The notes below the pieces were generated by a model. The model ran no database searches. It was given only the letters and a program-made list of their open reading frames with translations, and was not told the origin of the DNA. DNA of 64,000 bases. Origin: Isurus oxyrinchus (Eukaryota). This document shows positions 28,340 through 40,905 of this stretch, in pieces (within the stretch, counting starts at the first letter, position 1; every line of letters begins with the position of its first letter). The stretch covers positions 2,418,001 through 2,482,000 of the forward strand of contig JANJGN010000049.1 in the NCBI GenBank assembly GCA_026770705.1, in the 5' to 3' direction. The position numbers were made by a program, and so were the translations under genes.

Positions 28340-29030
28340 ATTTCTCTCTATTCATCCAGGAGATGTGAGCGTCTCTGACACGGCCAGCATTTCCCCCCAT
28401 GCTCCGCTGTCATGGAACTGAATAGCTTGATAGACATTTTCAGAGTCGGAGGATAGTTAAGAGTCAACCACGTGCTGTGGGCCTGGAGTCACATTTAGGC
28501 CAGACTGGGGAAGGAAGCAGCTTTACTTCACCGAATGTTCGGTAGTGAACCAGATGCGTTTACAGCAATGAAAATTGTAACGATCCAGTTCCCTTTCCAT
28601 TTTTTTATTCATTCATGTGATTTGTGCGTTTCCAGCTGAATCAACATTCAACAGCCAAACACAATTGCCCTTGAGAAGGTGTTAGTGAGCAAACCTCTTG
28701 TACTGCTGCAGTCCACGTGCTGTAGGGACACCCACAGTGCTTCTCGGAAGGGAGTTGTATGATTTGGACCCAAGAATAGGGAAGAAACAGGGACCTTCCA
28801 GTTGATGTTTTTCCTGTGCTTTTGCTGCCCTTGTTGCCAGAGAATTGGGGAATATTCCACCACACTCCTGACATGTGCCTTTTAGTTTGTGGACAGATAT
28901 TTACAGAACTCCCAGCTTCTGATCGGCTCTTGTCTCAGTCGAATTTAAATTCCACCAGCTGCTGTGGTGGGATTTGAATTCATGTCACCAGAGGATAGGC
29001 CTGACCTCTGGGTGGCTGGGCTAGTGATGA
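28340..29030 (-). mobile_element. SINE and CR1-tail fragments, minus strand
   Basis: AGTTAAGAGTCAACCAC...GGAGTCACAT..AGGCCAGACTGGG...TAGTGAACCAG is the reverse complement of the SINE core at ~24520-24620. AATTGCCCTTGAGAAGGTG is the reverse complement of the LINE tail. Confidence 0.55.
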
Positions 29031-29769
29031 GCACTTGGCACGTCATAACATTCAAGGCTATGGGGCAAGTGCTGCTAAATGGGATTAGGTAGGTAGGTCA
29101 GGTGTTTCTAAGGTGCCACTACAGACTCGATGGGCTGACGGGCCTGTTCTGCATTGTGAATCTGAGTTAGAGTCCAGTGTAATGTAACCAGAGATAGGGC
29201 TTGGTATAATTTAAATGGTAAGCTGCATGAGTACTTTAATAACTGAAACAGGGCCTGGTTTAAAATAATCTTAAACATGGCCCATTACATTAAAAACTGA
29301 GAAAAGTCCTATGAAATATAAACATAAACAGTTTAGTGCAGCAATAACTGAGAAAGGGCCTTATGTAACACATACAGATATTACATGAGTTCGACTTTCA
29401 ACAAAGCTTTTGGGAATTTAAATTTAGTTAATTTTATACACCTAAACTAGTAAAAATACATCCAAAATTAGAAATGGGAAACGTGCATCTCTCAGACTTA
29501 TTAAAACACGCCTGATATATAAATGTCTGTTACGGAAATACATTCCCCCCATTACATGTTTTTTTTTCCTGATGGAATTCCAGATAAACTTTTAATTTCC
29601 CTCTAAAACTTCTCAATGTGCAGTCATTTTTATTAAATGACTATGAGAATCAACAACATGAGTACAGTCATAAAAGCCAAATGGCATCAACCGAGGCACA
29701 GGCAAAGATATAGGCAGTCTTTTAGCTCTATAAAATTCTCCACATGAGGACATCTACCACAACTGGGAA

Positions 29770-31900
29770 ACACTGAATGCAGATTAGTGGAACACCCGCC
29801 TGACATAGTCCTGCTCAATCTTAATACCTTTCAACCAATATCCCCCTGCCTGATTGACCCACAAGTGATGGCGGGACATTAGTCGGGAAGGAGCGCCCCT
29901 GGCGGGACTTCAAGATTGACTCCAGAAGTAATGAATACTACTGGGAGCAGAGCAGGCGACGGGGGAACATTTCCTTTCTAATTCGAGTTATTTTCCTACC
30001 ACAACTAATGAATCAGCGAGTCTCCATGTTGAAAACAATTCTGTTGAAACACTGAGAGCAGTAAAGGAAATGGAACTTCCATGCCCATCACCAAGAATGG
30101 CTCGATACCAATACTGACAGAGCTGGCCAAGCCATGAAGGACATATCTATCAGACCGGCCCCCCGGAAGGTGTTGAGAGAACACAAGGGGTAAACTTACT
30201 TGAGACGGCGCTCATTATTCAACCTCGCACAGATAGATCTCTCCACGTCAGCATTGGTGGGAGTGTTCACCTCACTTTCCTTTTGGATACAAAGACCCAT
30301 CTTCAGACTGAGAGCTCCATCCATCGCGCTGTGTGGCATAATCATCGTGCTAAATGCGATATATTTGGAGAATATTTGGGCAATTTAAAACTGTGCATCA
30401 GTGAGGCCATTAGCTTGAGCAACATTCTTATCCCACCACAATATGCACGTCATGGGATGTATAACCCTCACTCTACCATTAGGATGAAGCCAGGGGATCA
30501 ACGATTGTTCAATGATGAATTCAGAGGAGTAGGCCAGGTGCAGCAACAAGAACATCTAAAAATGGCGCATCAGCCTGATCAAGCTGTAACATGGTGAAAA
30601 ATTGCTGAACAAACCCAATGCGGCCAATTGACCCTCAATCATACTACTCTCAGCCACCAGCAACCTGATGGAAGGTGTCACTGACGGAGCAATCAAACAG
30701 CAGCTCATCACCAACAAGCTGCTCAACAATGCCCAGTTTAGGTTTCACAAGGGCCTTTCAGTTCCTGACCACATCACGTTGTTGATTTGAACAAAGGTAA
30801 ACAGCTGAACTCCTAATATGAGAGTGAATGCCCTTGACATCAAGGTGGCAGTTGACAGATTGTGGAACCAAAGATCATTAGCAACATTGAAGTCAATGGC
30901 AATCAGGGGGAAAACTCATTGGAGTCATACCTAGCACAAATGAGAATGATTGCTGTTGCTGGAGGCCAAAAACCCCACACCAGAGCATCGCTCTAGGAGT
31001 TCCTCAGGAAAGTGTCCTAGGCCCAGCCATCCTCAGTTGCTTCATCAATGACCTTATATCCATAATCTTGTCAGAAGTCGTGATGTTCACGAATGTTGGC
31101 ACAATTTTCAGCTTCATTCACTATTCCTCAGATACTGAAGCCGTTCATGCCTCCATGCAGAAAAAAAAAAAACATTTGGACAATACTAAACCTTTGGCTG
31201 ATGAGTGGAAAGTGACATAACGTGTTACAAGTGCCAGGCAGTGACGATCTCCATCAAGAGAGAATCTAACCATCTCCCCTTGTCATTCATTGACATTACC
31301 ATCGCAGAATCCAACACCAGCAACAGTGGGGGCCACAGCAGTAAATTAAGTTAACTGAACCAGCAACATATATGAAGAATCTAGAAAAGGTCAGAGGCAG
31401 CACATTGTATGGCGAGCGACGCAGCTCATGTTTCTCCACAATCTGTCCACAATGTCCATGCAATTTTTAGGAAAGTAATTGAACATCTCAGCTTGCCTGG
31501 ATCAGGGAAGTTCCAACAAAACAGTTCCCGAGCAGGCCCAAGGAACCACATTGTCTTCTCCTAATACTATTTCTTACATTCGGAAGAAGGAAGACACCAT
31601 GTAGGAAAAATCATCGCGCCTGATTGGTAATCCCATCCGCCGTTTATAAATCCGTTCCCTCCAGTACCACTGCACAAATACAGCAGTGTGCACCATCTAC
31701 GAAATGCACTGTGGCAACTCGCCAACTGCCCTATGAAAGCGCCGTGCAAGCCCCTGACTGTTAGCACCTAGAGGAAGAAGTGTAACAGACCCATGGAAAG
31801 ACCTATAAATTCCCCTCAAGGCCAAATAACACATTGGCTTGGAAATATGTTGTTATTTCTTCAATGTCGCTGGGTCAAAACCCTGAAACCCCTATTTTAC
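29770..31900 (+). mobile_element. Decayed CR1/L2-clade LINE (RT domain and 3' end, frameshifted)
   Basis: GCCCTTGACATCAAGGTGGCAGTTGACAGATTGTGG (ALDIKxAxDRxW) at ~30830 and GGAGTTCCTCAGGAAAGTGTCCTAGGCCCA...TTCATCAATGACCTT (GVPQxSVLGP...FINDL) at ~31000-31055. The 3' part matches 61040-61470. Confidence 0.8.
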
Positions 31901-32099
31901 AGCAATGAATCATAGGGTCATAGAAATCTACAATACGGAAGAGAGACATTTATCCCAGCGAACAAACAGTTATCAGCCTTGTCAACTTTCCATCTCTTGG
32001 TCTATAACCTTTTAGGTTGTTTCACTTCAGGTTTTTACAACCCTTTCACACCATGAGTTTTAGATTCCCATCATCCTTTGGGTGAAAACATTTGCCATG

Positions 32100-33020
32100 A
32101 CCTATTTACTCTTGGATGAAGGAGTCGACAGTACTTTAGCCAGATTTGCTGATGATACCAAGCTGGAAAAGGAACCAGGTTCTGAGGAGGACACTAAGAG
32201 GCCACAATGACATATTGGTAAGCTAACTGATTGTGCTGAAATTTGGCACATAGAATATAAGGTTGGAAAAATATGAGTTTGCCTAATTTTGCCGGATAAG
32301 TCGAAAGGCAACATGTTATTCACTGTAGAATCCTTCGGTGCAGAGAGATCTGCGTGTGTTTGTACACGGATCACACAAAGCATGCAGGCACAGCAAGGAG
32401 TTAGAGAGGCAAAGAGAATAATCCCTTTTCTGCAGCACTGTGTTACCTCAGTTTCCTTTGTTCAAAAGTCAACAAACCTAACCTATCCTCCCAAATAGCA
32501 ATCCTCCTGCAGTCGAGGCAATGTCGTCGTAAATCTCCACTGTAACGTTTCTAGTCCAATCAAATATTTCATATAGTTCCTGGCCCAGGGCTGCACCGAA
32601 CACTCTAATTCAGGCCTAATAGTGTTTTACACAGTTCCAGCAGGACGTCTCAACTCGTATTTAACTCGTATTTTCTATGCCTCAGAGAATAAAGGCAAGC
32701 ATCCCATCTGTTTCTTGATCAATTTATCTACCTGTCCAGCCACCATTACGAATATCTACATTCTATAGTCCCACTTTACTTCTCAGTGTCGTAGCATTCG
32801 TGAATCAGTGGTAGTCACTATCTCAGAATGCACTGGATGCCGGGATGCTGAATAAATTTAAGGAGGAGGTGATAGATTTTTAATTAGTAATGGGTTGATA
32901 GGTTATGGGGAGAGGGTGGGAAATTGGAGTTGAGGCCGAAATGAGATCAGCCATGATCGTAATGAATAGTGGAGCAGGCTCGAGGGGTTGAATTGCCAAC
33001 TCTTGCTCCTAGTTCTTATG
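32100..33020 (+). mobile_element. CR1 LINE fragments (RT C-terminus and 3' UTR), nested with opposite-strand pieces
   Basis: AGATTTGCTGATGATACCAAGCTG (FADDTKL) at ~32140. CR1-type 3' end GGTTATGGGGAGAGGG...TCAGCCATGATC...GGAGCAGGCTCGAGGGG at ~32900-33000. Confidence 0.65.
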
Positions 33021-33029
33021 TTTTGTTTA

Positions 33030-33830
33030 CTGTTTATTACTTTATCTTGTTAGCTTTCCTTAAATGCACTACCTCGCAAACATCTCTAAGCCATTCTTAT
33101 GTCTATCTGACTGGTCGATTTCCTGCAGTATACAGCTTTCTGCACAATTCTTAATCACACAGCCAATTTGTGTATCATCTAAAGCCTTCTTAATCATGCT
33201 CTTTTCAGTCATGTGCAAGTAATTGATATATGCAAGAAAAGGCAAGTGTCCTATTACTAAGGCCTGGGGGATACCACACCCATTTACAGAAACACCCCGC
33301 GTCATTTACCGTATGCTTCCTGGCATTGAACCAATTTTGGATTTACCTCGCCGCTTTGCCTAGGATCACATTGGCTTTTAATTTCGGAACCGTTCTGCCA
33401 TGTAGAACCTGGTTATTTGAAAATCCACATAGACTACATCGAATGCACTGTATCCATCGGCACTTCTTATTATTCCTTCAAAACATTTCTGCATAATAGT
33501 CAGACTCGCCCTTCCTTCAACAAATTCTTGCTGTCCAGCTTTGCTTAGTCAGTGTCATTCTAAATGTAGATGCACCCTGTCTCTTAGAATGTTCTCTTTC
33601 CAATACTATTCCCTGCTCCAAGGTTATATTCACTGTCCTGTAATTACTCAGTCTTATATCTTTTTGCGTTTTGAACAAGGGCACAACGTTAGCTGCCTTC
33701 TCGCCCTGTCTTAGTGCCTGAAGTTTCAAAGGATTATAAAGTGATGGTGATTCCTTCCCTTAACAGCCGAGGATACAATTCGGCCGGGCCTTGGCATTTA
33801 TGCATTCTGAAAGGTATTAAACCGCTTGAT
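33030..33830 (-). mobile_element. Decayed CR1 LINE RT fragment
   Basis: Minus ORFs give ANVVPLFK...NYRTVNIT and GIPQALVIGHLPFLAYINYL (degenerate GVPQGSVLGPLLFLIYINDL). Confidence 0.7.
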
Positions 33831-35641
33831 ACTTTCAAGATGGTGGCAATTCGCCATTTCGCAAGGGGAATTGGGAGTCGGTAGAGATGTTTGATTTAAC
33901 AACTATTCCAAATCAGTCGATAATTAATAAGTAAAACATTAGAGACTGTAATGTACTATAAACCATCCATGCCCATCCCTACATTACACTAGGCCCTTTC
34001 TCAGTTATTGCCGCCTGAGGTAGTGCTGGTTTGGTATAATTTAGGCAAACCAACTTACACAGTCACCTGCTGGCTAATCATTGCCATTACTGCTATCGTG
34101 AAAATGTCGACGTTCGTACAGTTGTTGTTAGAAACGTATCAACAAACAAATTTGCACTTATATTCCACTCAACGTATTTTTAATGAAAGGGAATTAAATG
34201 CTGTGAAAATAACTGGTGAAGCCAATCCACCTTTGTGGATGTAACTTGCAAACATTAGGAATAATGTGTTTTGTATGGACAACTCACAAACACAAATAGA
34301 CGCAAATACATATGTTCAGGCTCGGTCTCACAACCAGTAGCCACGGAAAACGGGAATGCAAAGGCCCTCAGGAGAAACATTCCTTAACATCAAAACTCGG
34401 TGTACAATAGCAATAACAGAGATTTCCACTAACCAGTATAAACTGCACTGCACTCTGGCTCACCTTGACTTCAGTACCTCAATCCAGTTCAAATTTCCGA
34501 GATTGTCATAAGATTCGACCAGTACTTTCAAGAAAACTGTTACATAACACCAGAGCAATGGGAAATTGTACACAGCTCCTGATGGCTGTGACAAAGACTA
34601 AACGTATTTTACAACAAACAAAAATCCATCTTCCCACCCAGTCAAATATATGTTCTTTAATTATTATGAGACATACTTCTCCCTTCATCCATCTGTCTAT
34701 TTAGCTATCACAGAAAAATGCTGTACCACAATAACTGACACTGGCAATAAATTAATATAAACAGAGTGTCCAGTGCTGTCATTACAGAAAAGGGGCCTTA
34801 TTTATCATAAACAGCGATAAGGACTCCTACACTCTGAGCAGTTTAGTCCATGAATAACTATGGCTGACCGCGTCGAATATAAACAGGGAGATGGCCTCAT
34901 GCAATTTAAGTGCAGAAATAAAGGAGAAAGGGTCTAGTGTAATATAAATAAGGACATGGATGAGTGCAATATAACCAGACACATGCTTCAGTGCAGCAAT
35001 AATTGAAAAAGTGCCCAGCGTAAAGGATGGATGGGCACAGAGTTTATTGCACTAATGTCCGTGACTGGACCCAGTAGAATATGGACGGAGACATGGTCAG
35101 GTTATGGCCTTGCAAACCCCTTCAGTAACTTGAACACTTCTTTTAAAACATCTCTTAACTTTATCTGCTCTAGGATGCTATTTCTATCGTTTTTCCACAT
35201 AACGGAAGCCCCTCACCCCGTTCTGATAAATCCTTCGACAGCATCTTCAGAACCCGAGAGCTCTGCGACATAGAAGGACAAGGAAAGCAGGTGAATGGAA
35301 GCACCAACACCTGCTAGTGCCGCTCCAAGTCACACATAATATTCTGATTTGGAAATATAGATTTTTTTCCTTCGTTGTTATTGAGTCAAAATCCCAGAGC
35401 TCCCTTCCCACCAGCATTGTTTTTGGATTTGAAACACACACAAGGTGACTCACCAACACATTCTCCAGGGCAATTAGTTATGGCTAGTAAATGTCGGCCT
35501 TGACAGAAATGTCAAAATCTGAGAACGAAGTAGAACTAGCAATAATTGAGTGAAGGTGTGCTGTGATATAAACATAGACATGCTAAGAAGCAGTAATAAT
35601 TGAGGCAATGTATGTATGTTTTCATGGAAGCAATCGCGCTA

Positions 35642-35660
35642 GCACTGCCACCTGGTGGCG
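35642..35660 (-). promoter_or_regulatory. Predicted CTCF-binding site
   Basis: The minus strand reads CGCCACCAGGTGGCAGTGC, essentially the CTCF core consensus. Confidence 0.6.
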
Positions 35661-35929
35661 AAAGATTGCCATTGTTGTTACTGTAAAATGCCTTCATCAG
35701 TTATTGTCTCTTATATTAACGTATCTAAAACAAGCTACAATGATATACAAGATCATTGCATTCTACAGGGGGTGGCAAAGGATAACAATGCAAAGGATTC
35801 CATCTGAGTGAAGCTTTGTTGCGCAAAGAAACATTAGCAAAAGGACAATGTGGTTCAAATCCTGTTAATTTATATTAATGTACATTTATTGGCGTTAATT
35901 GAAGGGAGGACTTTTGATCAGGGAACATT

Positions 35930-35930
<1 letters not shown>

Positions 35931-35969
<39 letters not shown>

Positions 35970-36085
35970 TCTGTGTGTGTGCGTGTGTGTGTGAGTGTGT
36001 ATGTGCGTGTGTGTGTGTACGTCTCTGTTTGTCTGCCTGTATCGCTGTGTGTCTGCTTGTTTACTTATGTGCCTGTGCGTGTTTG
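35931..36085. repeat. (GT)n microsatellite, degenerate 3' part
   Basis: Direct reading. Confidence 0.95.
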
Positions 36086-36509
36086 TCTAAACACATCATT
36101 CTTAATGTTTCTATGTGAATTCTGCAAAGGTAAATGATTACGTTTTCCAGTTATGTTTCTATATTTTATTCCCTTTGATTAAAAATATAATTTTAGGTGC
36201 TGTAATATCCTTAATGTGCATTGATTATCCATTTATTTTGTTCTCATATTTAGATCGCATTGTCCCAACGATCCGTTACCAAGGCAATGTCTGTATGTCC
36301 TCAGAAATCATTTGTAAAAAGTGATTAAATCGGAGCATGCATAACGTGTATGAACACAATGTTCTTTGTGACAGATTGTTAGTTGATCATCAACGCATCT
36401 CACGGGACCTTGTATTGATTTCGGCATGTTGCAGTAACAGTAAGAATCTCACTATCCGTGACCTGAGATTAATAAAACATTTCCTTCAGTCAGAAAGAAA
36501 ACGAATTAT

Positions 36510-37075
36510 ATCCAACAACCATTTGCAACTATATAGCTCTTTTAATGTCGTAAATCGCTGCACGTTGATTCACCAGACCACTAACAGGCCAAGTTTGACA
36601 CCGAGTCACGTAAGGAGACACAAGGGCGGATACATTAGGTCAACGATCTAACTTTTAGTGAGGATAGTAAAGGAGGAGAGAGGGAGAAGGGGTTTAAGGC
36701 AGTTGGCAACAAGTGATAAAATTCACGGATGCAAAAGATGTGAGAATTCGAGGAGGGCAGAAATCTCGGAGAATTGTGAGGCTGAAGGAGCTGACGGGAT
36801 GGAGGTGGTGGTGCTGAGGTCGGGGGAGAGGTGGTGGAGGCCATGGAGGGAGTTTAACAACTGTGATAATTTTATTACTGATGCATTCCTTAATCGAGAG
36901 CCACCGTGGATCAGGGAGAACAGGACTGATGGCCCAACGGATCTTGTGTGCATTAAGGTACGGGCAAGAGCATTTAGATTCAGCTCCTATTTATGGAAGG
37001 TGGACTCTGGGAGGATAGTCAGGAAACCATTGGAATATTCAGGTCTAGAGGTGACAAAGGGATGGATGGGAGTTT
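36510..37075 (-). mobile_element. L2-like LINE 3' fragment
   Basis: Begins with AACAACCATTTGCAACTATATAGCTCTTTTAATGT (reverse complement of an L2-type tail ...GCTATATA..TGCAA.TG.TTGTT), followed by purine-rich antisense LINE sequence. Confidence 0.5.
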
Positions 37076-37079
37076 TAGT

Positions 37080-37660
37080 CCACTGCCTGTGTCATGTAGA
37101 CCCAGAAACAGGGAATAGTTAATTGGATTTCTGCTCCCATATCTGTCGGTGTTATATAGGACCAGTAACAAATAATCATTCCTAGGGTTTGTGCTCGCAT
37201 GACTGCCTGTATCAAATAGGCCCAACATCTGGAGATAATGCCCAGGGCTTGTGATTCAATGTGTGTCTGTGTGACTTGGGACCAGCACCTGGGAATCATT
37301 GATATGACCTGTGATTCAAGGGCACTTCGTATCAGATAATCTCTGCACCTATTAGCAATTCCCAGGTTTTGAACAACTAAACCGTCATACATCAGAAAAT
37401 CCAGGTTCTGGGGACAATTCCCAGCGGTTATGTTCCCTGCTGAGTCTGCTGGGCCCAGGTGCTTGATACTAACCCCAGGATCTATGCTCCCTGATGCTTC
37501 TAATATCCCCCAGTCTCTAGGAATCACATTCAGGATTTGTGATCCCTGGAGCGTCAGATGGTTTCTGTCACAATTGCCTCATGATCTGAGAATCTTTCCT
37601 AGGATTCACACCCTGGTACTTCAGAGAGGATACAGGTTCTGGGAAACAATCTCAAGTTAT
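37080..37660. repeat. Degenerate ~60-bp minisatellite
   Basis: CCAG...GGGAATCATT-like motifs near 37101, 37161, 37221 and 37281. The minus-strand translation shows a 20-aa period (MIPRCW / IISRCW / MIICYW / TIPCFW). Confidence 0.6.
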
Positions 37661-39429
37661 GAATTCATTCGAAATGAACGTCCATATACCCAATGGAGAT
37701 GAACCTGGACTGTTTGGGCACATTGTTGCTGGGCAGATCTGTTTATAAATAGGTTCCTTTGCTAACTGCTGGGTTCTTGTTGCCTTGCTATATTTGATCA
37801 GCGGGCAGGAAACTGATTGTTGAAGTTTCTGCACAGCAGCCACAGATGTTTCCTGCAAATTGAAATGTGAATATTCCCTTCTCCCTGATGGTGGAAAGCT
37901 GGATTTCTGTCACTGCCTGTTGGGCAGAGATATGGGATGAACGTGTTGTTCAACAAACTGGGAATAAATTCATCAGCAAATGAATTGTTAGGCAATATTA
38001 ATCTAAATTGCATTTCTTATGAGATGATACTAAGGAAACTGAGTTTTGTGTATGGCAGATGCAGAACCGACTAAATGCGACAACAACAATGCAATGAGTT
38101 TGCGATTTTCATTATTTAAGGCCAATTTGATTCTGATAATTGCGAAGTTCTTTTACAATCCTGTAGAAGGGAATGCCAGCTGAGCTGGTATCACACAGAT
38201 ATAAAGAACACATTAACTACTCTGATACTAATGTCTGATTCATTTAATAATTTTGTAATTTACCCAATGGTCTGCAGACGGCGGAGTTACAATCCCAATC
38301 TGGAGACTGACTGGGAACTCAAATTATTCACTGAAATGTTAGTATAATTGTAATGGCAGGCTTTATATTTTCATATGTAACCCGTTGGCACATTTGGTCT
38401 TGGCACCTGAAAAGCTGAGGACGACTGGCTTGATATCACCATAAATTCAATGATTTCTCATCCTTGGTGCAAATTAACAACATCAAAAAAAAAAATCAAA
38501 CTCGTGATGCCCCAAATCTCTGAATATAATTTATGGTTTAGTGGGGTCACTCAGATCGATATTGTTTTATCTGCATTGCTAAATATTTCCCAAAGGTTTG
38601 TGGGATAAATCTGTCACATCAGTTAGAATGGTAGACATGGTGATTTAATTCTTAACTAAACAGGGTTCGGCTGGACTGTGCAGCCTCATCACACACACAC
38701 ATTCCTCGGTGCAAATCTCAACTTCTCCCATTTAGAATCATTCACTGTGAAATGAAAGAACAATATTCACACTGGTGACCTGAAATCCAGTGGCAAATTG
38801 ATTCAGGGAAGATTGTTTTAAAGTGAAGCTTCACATTTCACGATGGATTATATCTGAAATTAAGTGACATTATTCCGAAACTGTCGATGTCCTGGGACAA
38901 ATATAATGGCTTTCTCTGGACAAATATCAGTAACATTTGTATCTTTTATCACACAGATAGTGGAACATGGAAATAAAGAAGACATACAGTTAAACAGTGC
39001 ATTTCACAACCACAGGTCAACTTAAAGCGCTTTATAGGCAATGAATATTTGTTTGTTTATTTATAAACCTATAATCACCATTGTATTGCAAGGAAAGACG
39101 ACCGTGAAGTTACGTATAGGAAGATCCAACAAACTGAGCTGTGATAAATCACCAGATAAGCTGATTTTAGGATGTTGGTTGAACAAGAAATATTGGCCCC
39201 AGGGGATCTCTCCCTTCATCTTCGGAATAATTCCATGAGTGTGTTTAGGTCCTTCTGAGAGCAATTGGACACTGAGTACATCTGAGGTGTTTATTGGAAT
39301 GTAAAGATTCGCACTGAATCAATTTAAACCTGCTTTGGAGAGAGAGTATCACATTCCAAAGGATAAACAGACAATCTAAAAATATACGTTTGTGGAACAC
39401 AGAATATTAATTGTTAATAATTGTTTATA

Positions 39430-39642
39430 CAGCTGGACCCAGACAGGAAAAGAGAGGAGGAGCCAGGCTGTTAACTGGGGGAGGAGAATGACACCCATTA
39501 TCCAGCTCTGTCTCTCTCTCTCTCTCTTATTTGACTCTAGCCGGTATAAATAGCGAGATGGTTCAGCGCCAGGTTCACAATCCGCAGGTGTCGCTGCGAC
39601 GGACAGTAACGCTCCCAAGTCAGTTATACCCAGAGACTGAGG
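39430..39642 (+). promoter_or_regulatory. VH promoter region: TATA box TATAAATA at 39545-39552, E-boxes CAGCTG (39430) and CAGGTG (39585), no octamer
   Basis: The TATA box lies ~98 bp upstream of the leader ATG. No ATGCAAAT/ATTTGCAT was seen nearby, consistent with shark IgH promoters lacking the mammalian octamer. Confidence 0.6.
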
Positions 39643-39688
39643 ATGGGATTTGCGCTGTGCCTTTGCTTCTTCTTGGCTTACTTCACCT
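39643..39688 (+). CDS. IGHV: Ig heavy-chain leader exon (MGFALCLCFFLAYFT)
   Basis: ATG at 39643, hydrophobic signal peptide, phase-1 donor T|GTGAGT, and a 127-bp intron ending CTAACAG. Confidence 0.9.
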
Positions 39689-39815
39689 GTGAGTATCCCT
39701 GACTGTATAAGTGATACAACAGAAGTCTGCTTCTTTTCTGATATCGCGTTATTTTTCAATTCACTGCTTTGATTGTTTTTTTTAATGTAATTACATTTTT
39801 TCCATTCGCTAACAG

Positions 39816-40117
39816 ATGTCCAATCTGCCATCGTGCTCACCCAGCCGGCTTCAGAGACCGCTAAGCCCAGACAATCTCGCAAACTGTCCTGTTCGGTGAG
39901 CGGGTTCAGTCTGGACAGTTACTATGTGAGCTGGGTTAAACAAGTTCCTGGGAAAGGGCTGGAGTGGCTCCTTGCTTTCTACAAACCCTCGTCAACCACG
40001 TATTACGTGCCTGGGGTCGAAGGTCGAATCATCCCATCAAGAACTTCGTCCACAACTTACACTGAGATCAAAAATCTGAGACCCAAAGACACCACGAGGT
40101 ATTACTGTGCAAGAGAC
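39816..40117 (+). CDS. IGHV: Germline VH exon (IgW-like V): (Y)VQS-AIVLTQPASETAKPRQSRKLSCSVSGFSLDSYYVSWVKQVPGKGLEWLLAFYKPSSTTYYVPGVEGRIIPSRTSSTTYTEIKNLRPKDTTRYYCARD
   Basis: In frame with the leader. Conserved first Cys, WVKQxPGKGLEW and YYCAR. Followed directly by an RSS. Confidence 0.95.
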
Positions 40118-40156
40118 CACAGCGACCTGAACAAGCCCAGAGCTCGTACAGAAACC
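40118..40156 (+). other. VH 3' recombination signal sequence, 23-bp spacer
   Basis: CACAGCG (40118-40124), 23 nt, ACAGAAACC (40148-40156). Confidence 0.92.
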
Positions 40157-40510
40157 GCAGAGGAATAATTACAGCGAATCATTCGTCAGTATTAGCTCAA
40201 AGTAGGTTAAGAGATGTGTTTGAACCTCGATTGAAAAGTTACATTTTCCAAAGCAATAAATTGGCGAAGAATAAAAGCAAAATGTTGACTAACTCTGTAT
40301 ATTAAAGAGCATAGTTACCGCTTAGAATGTGCACAACTGATGACTAGGAGCCAAATAGAAATATTGACAAATTATTACGTGAATGGGGATAATTTTAGCC
40401 CAAGGTTCTGCTCCTGATTAAAACTCTTGAATGAATTGTAATCAAAATCTGCAAATCTTCTGCTGACTGAAAGGTTTTATTTCTGATAGCAACAATCAGT
40501 GAGTGAGAGC

Positions 40511-40590
40511 AGTATCTGTGCTGGTTCCTGTCACTGTGGTACTACAGTGGGTCACAGTGCTGTGTATAGTGAACTCCTCATACAAATAGC
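40511..40590 (+). other. IGHD: DH1 segment GTACTACAGTGGGT (40539-40552) with 12-RSS (5') and 22-RSS (3')
   Basis: AGTATCTGT-12-CACTGTG | D | CACAGTG-22-ACAAATAGC. All three reading frames are open (VLQW, YYSG, TTVG). Confidence 0.92.
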
Positions 40591-40905
40591 CCAGAGAGGG
40601 ACTTTGATCAAATCTGCGATCAGTATCACAGCAGGAAAGTCAAAGAAAATAAAATGACCAACAATAAGGGTTTTGAGGAACATTAATTTACGAAAAAATG
40701 TATAAAAGGCTCCGAATTTACTAATTTTGATTGCCTTGATAAATAGGGGCACACTTGTTAAAGGCGTATTTCGATCCGCTTTGTAAACATAATGAAGAGT
40801 TCTAACTGAAATATCAGAGTGATGTATTCCTAGAGTATTCAGAATCAGGTTTCTCAGACCGCTGTGGATTTGAATCTCTGTATTTCACATTTAACAGTCC
40901 GTCGC

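Noticed and set aside
29890-29908. Second CTCF-like word GAGCGCCCCTGGCGGG
   Set aside because: One C short of the core spacing and embedded in a LINE remnant.
36658-37122. 154-aa plus-strand ORF
   Set aside because: Antisense reading of a decayed L2-like LINE, with no domain signature.
39376-39882. 168-aa minus-strand ORF
   Set aside because: Antisense to the VH promoter, leader and intron, with no recognisable domain.
40103-40109. Embedded heptamer TACTGTG at the VH 3' end (VH-replacement signal)
   Set aside because: It is a by-product of the conserved Tyr-Cys-Ala codons found in most VH genes, and there is no upstream V in the window to use it.
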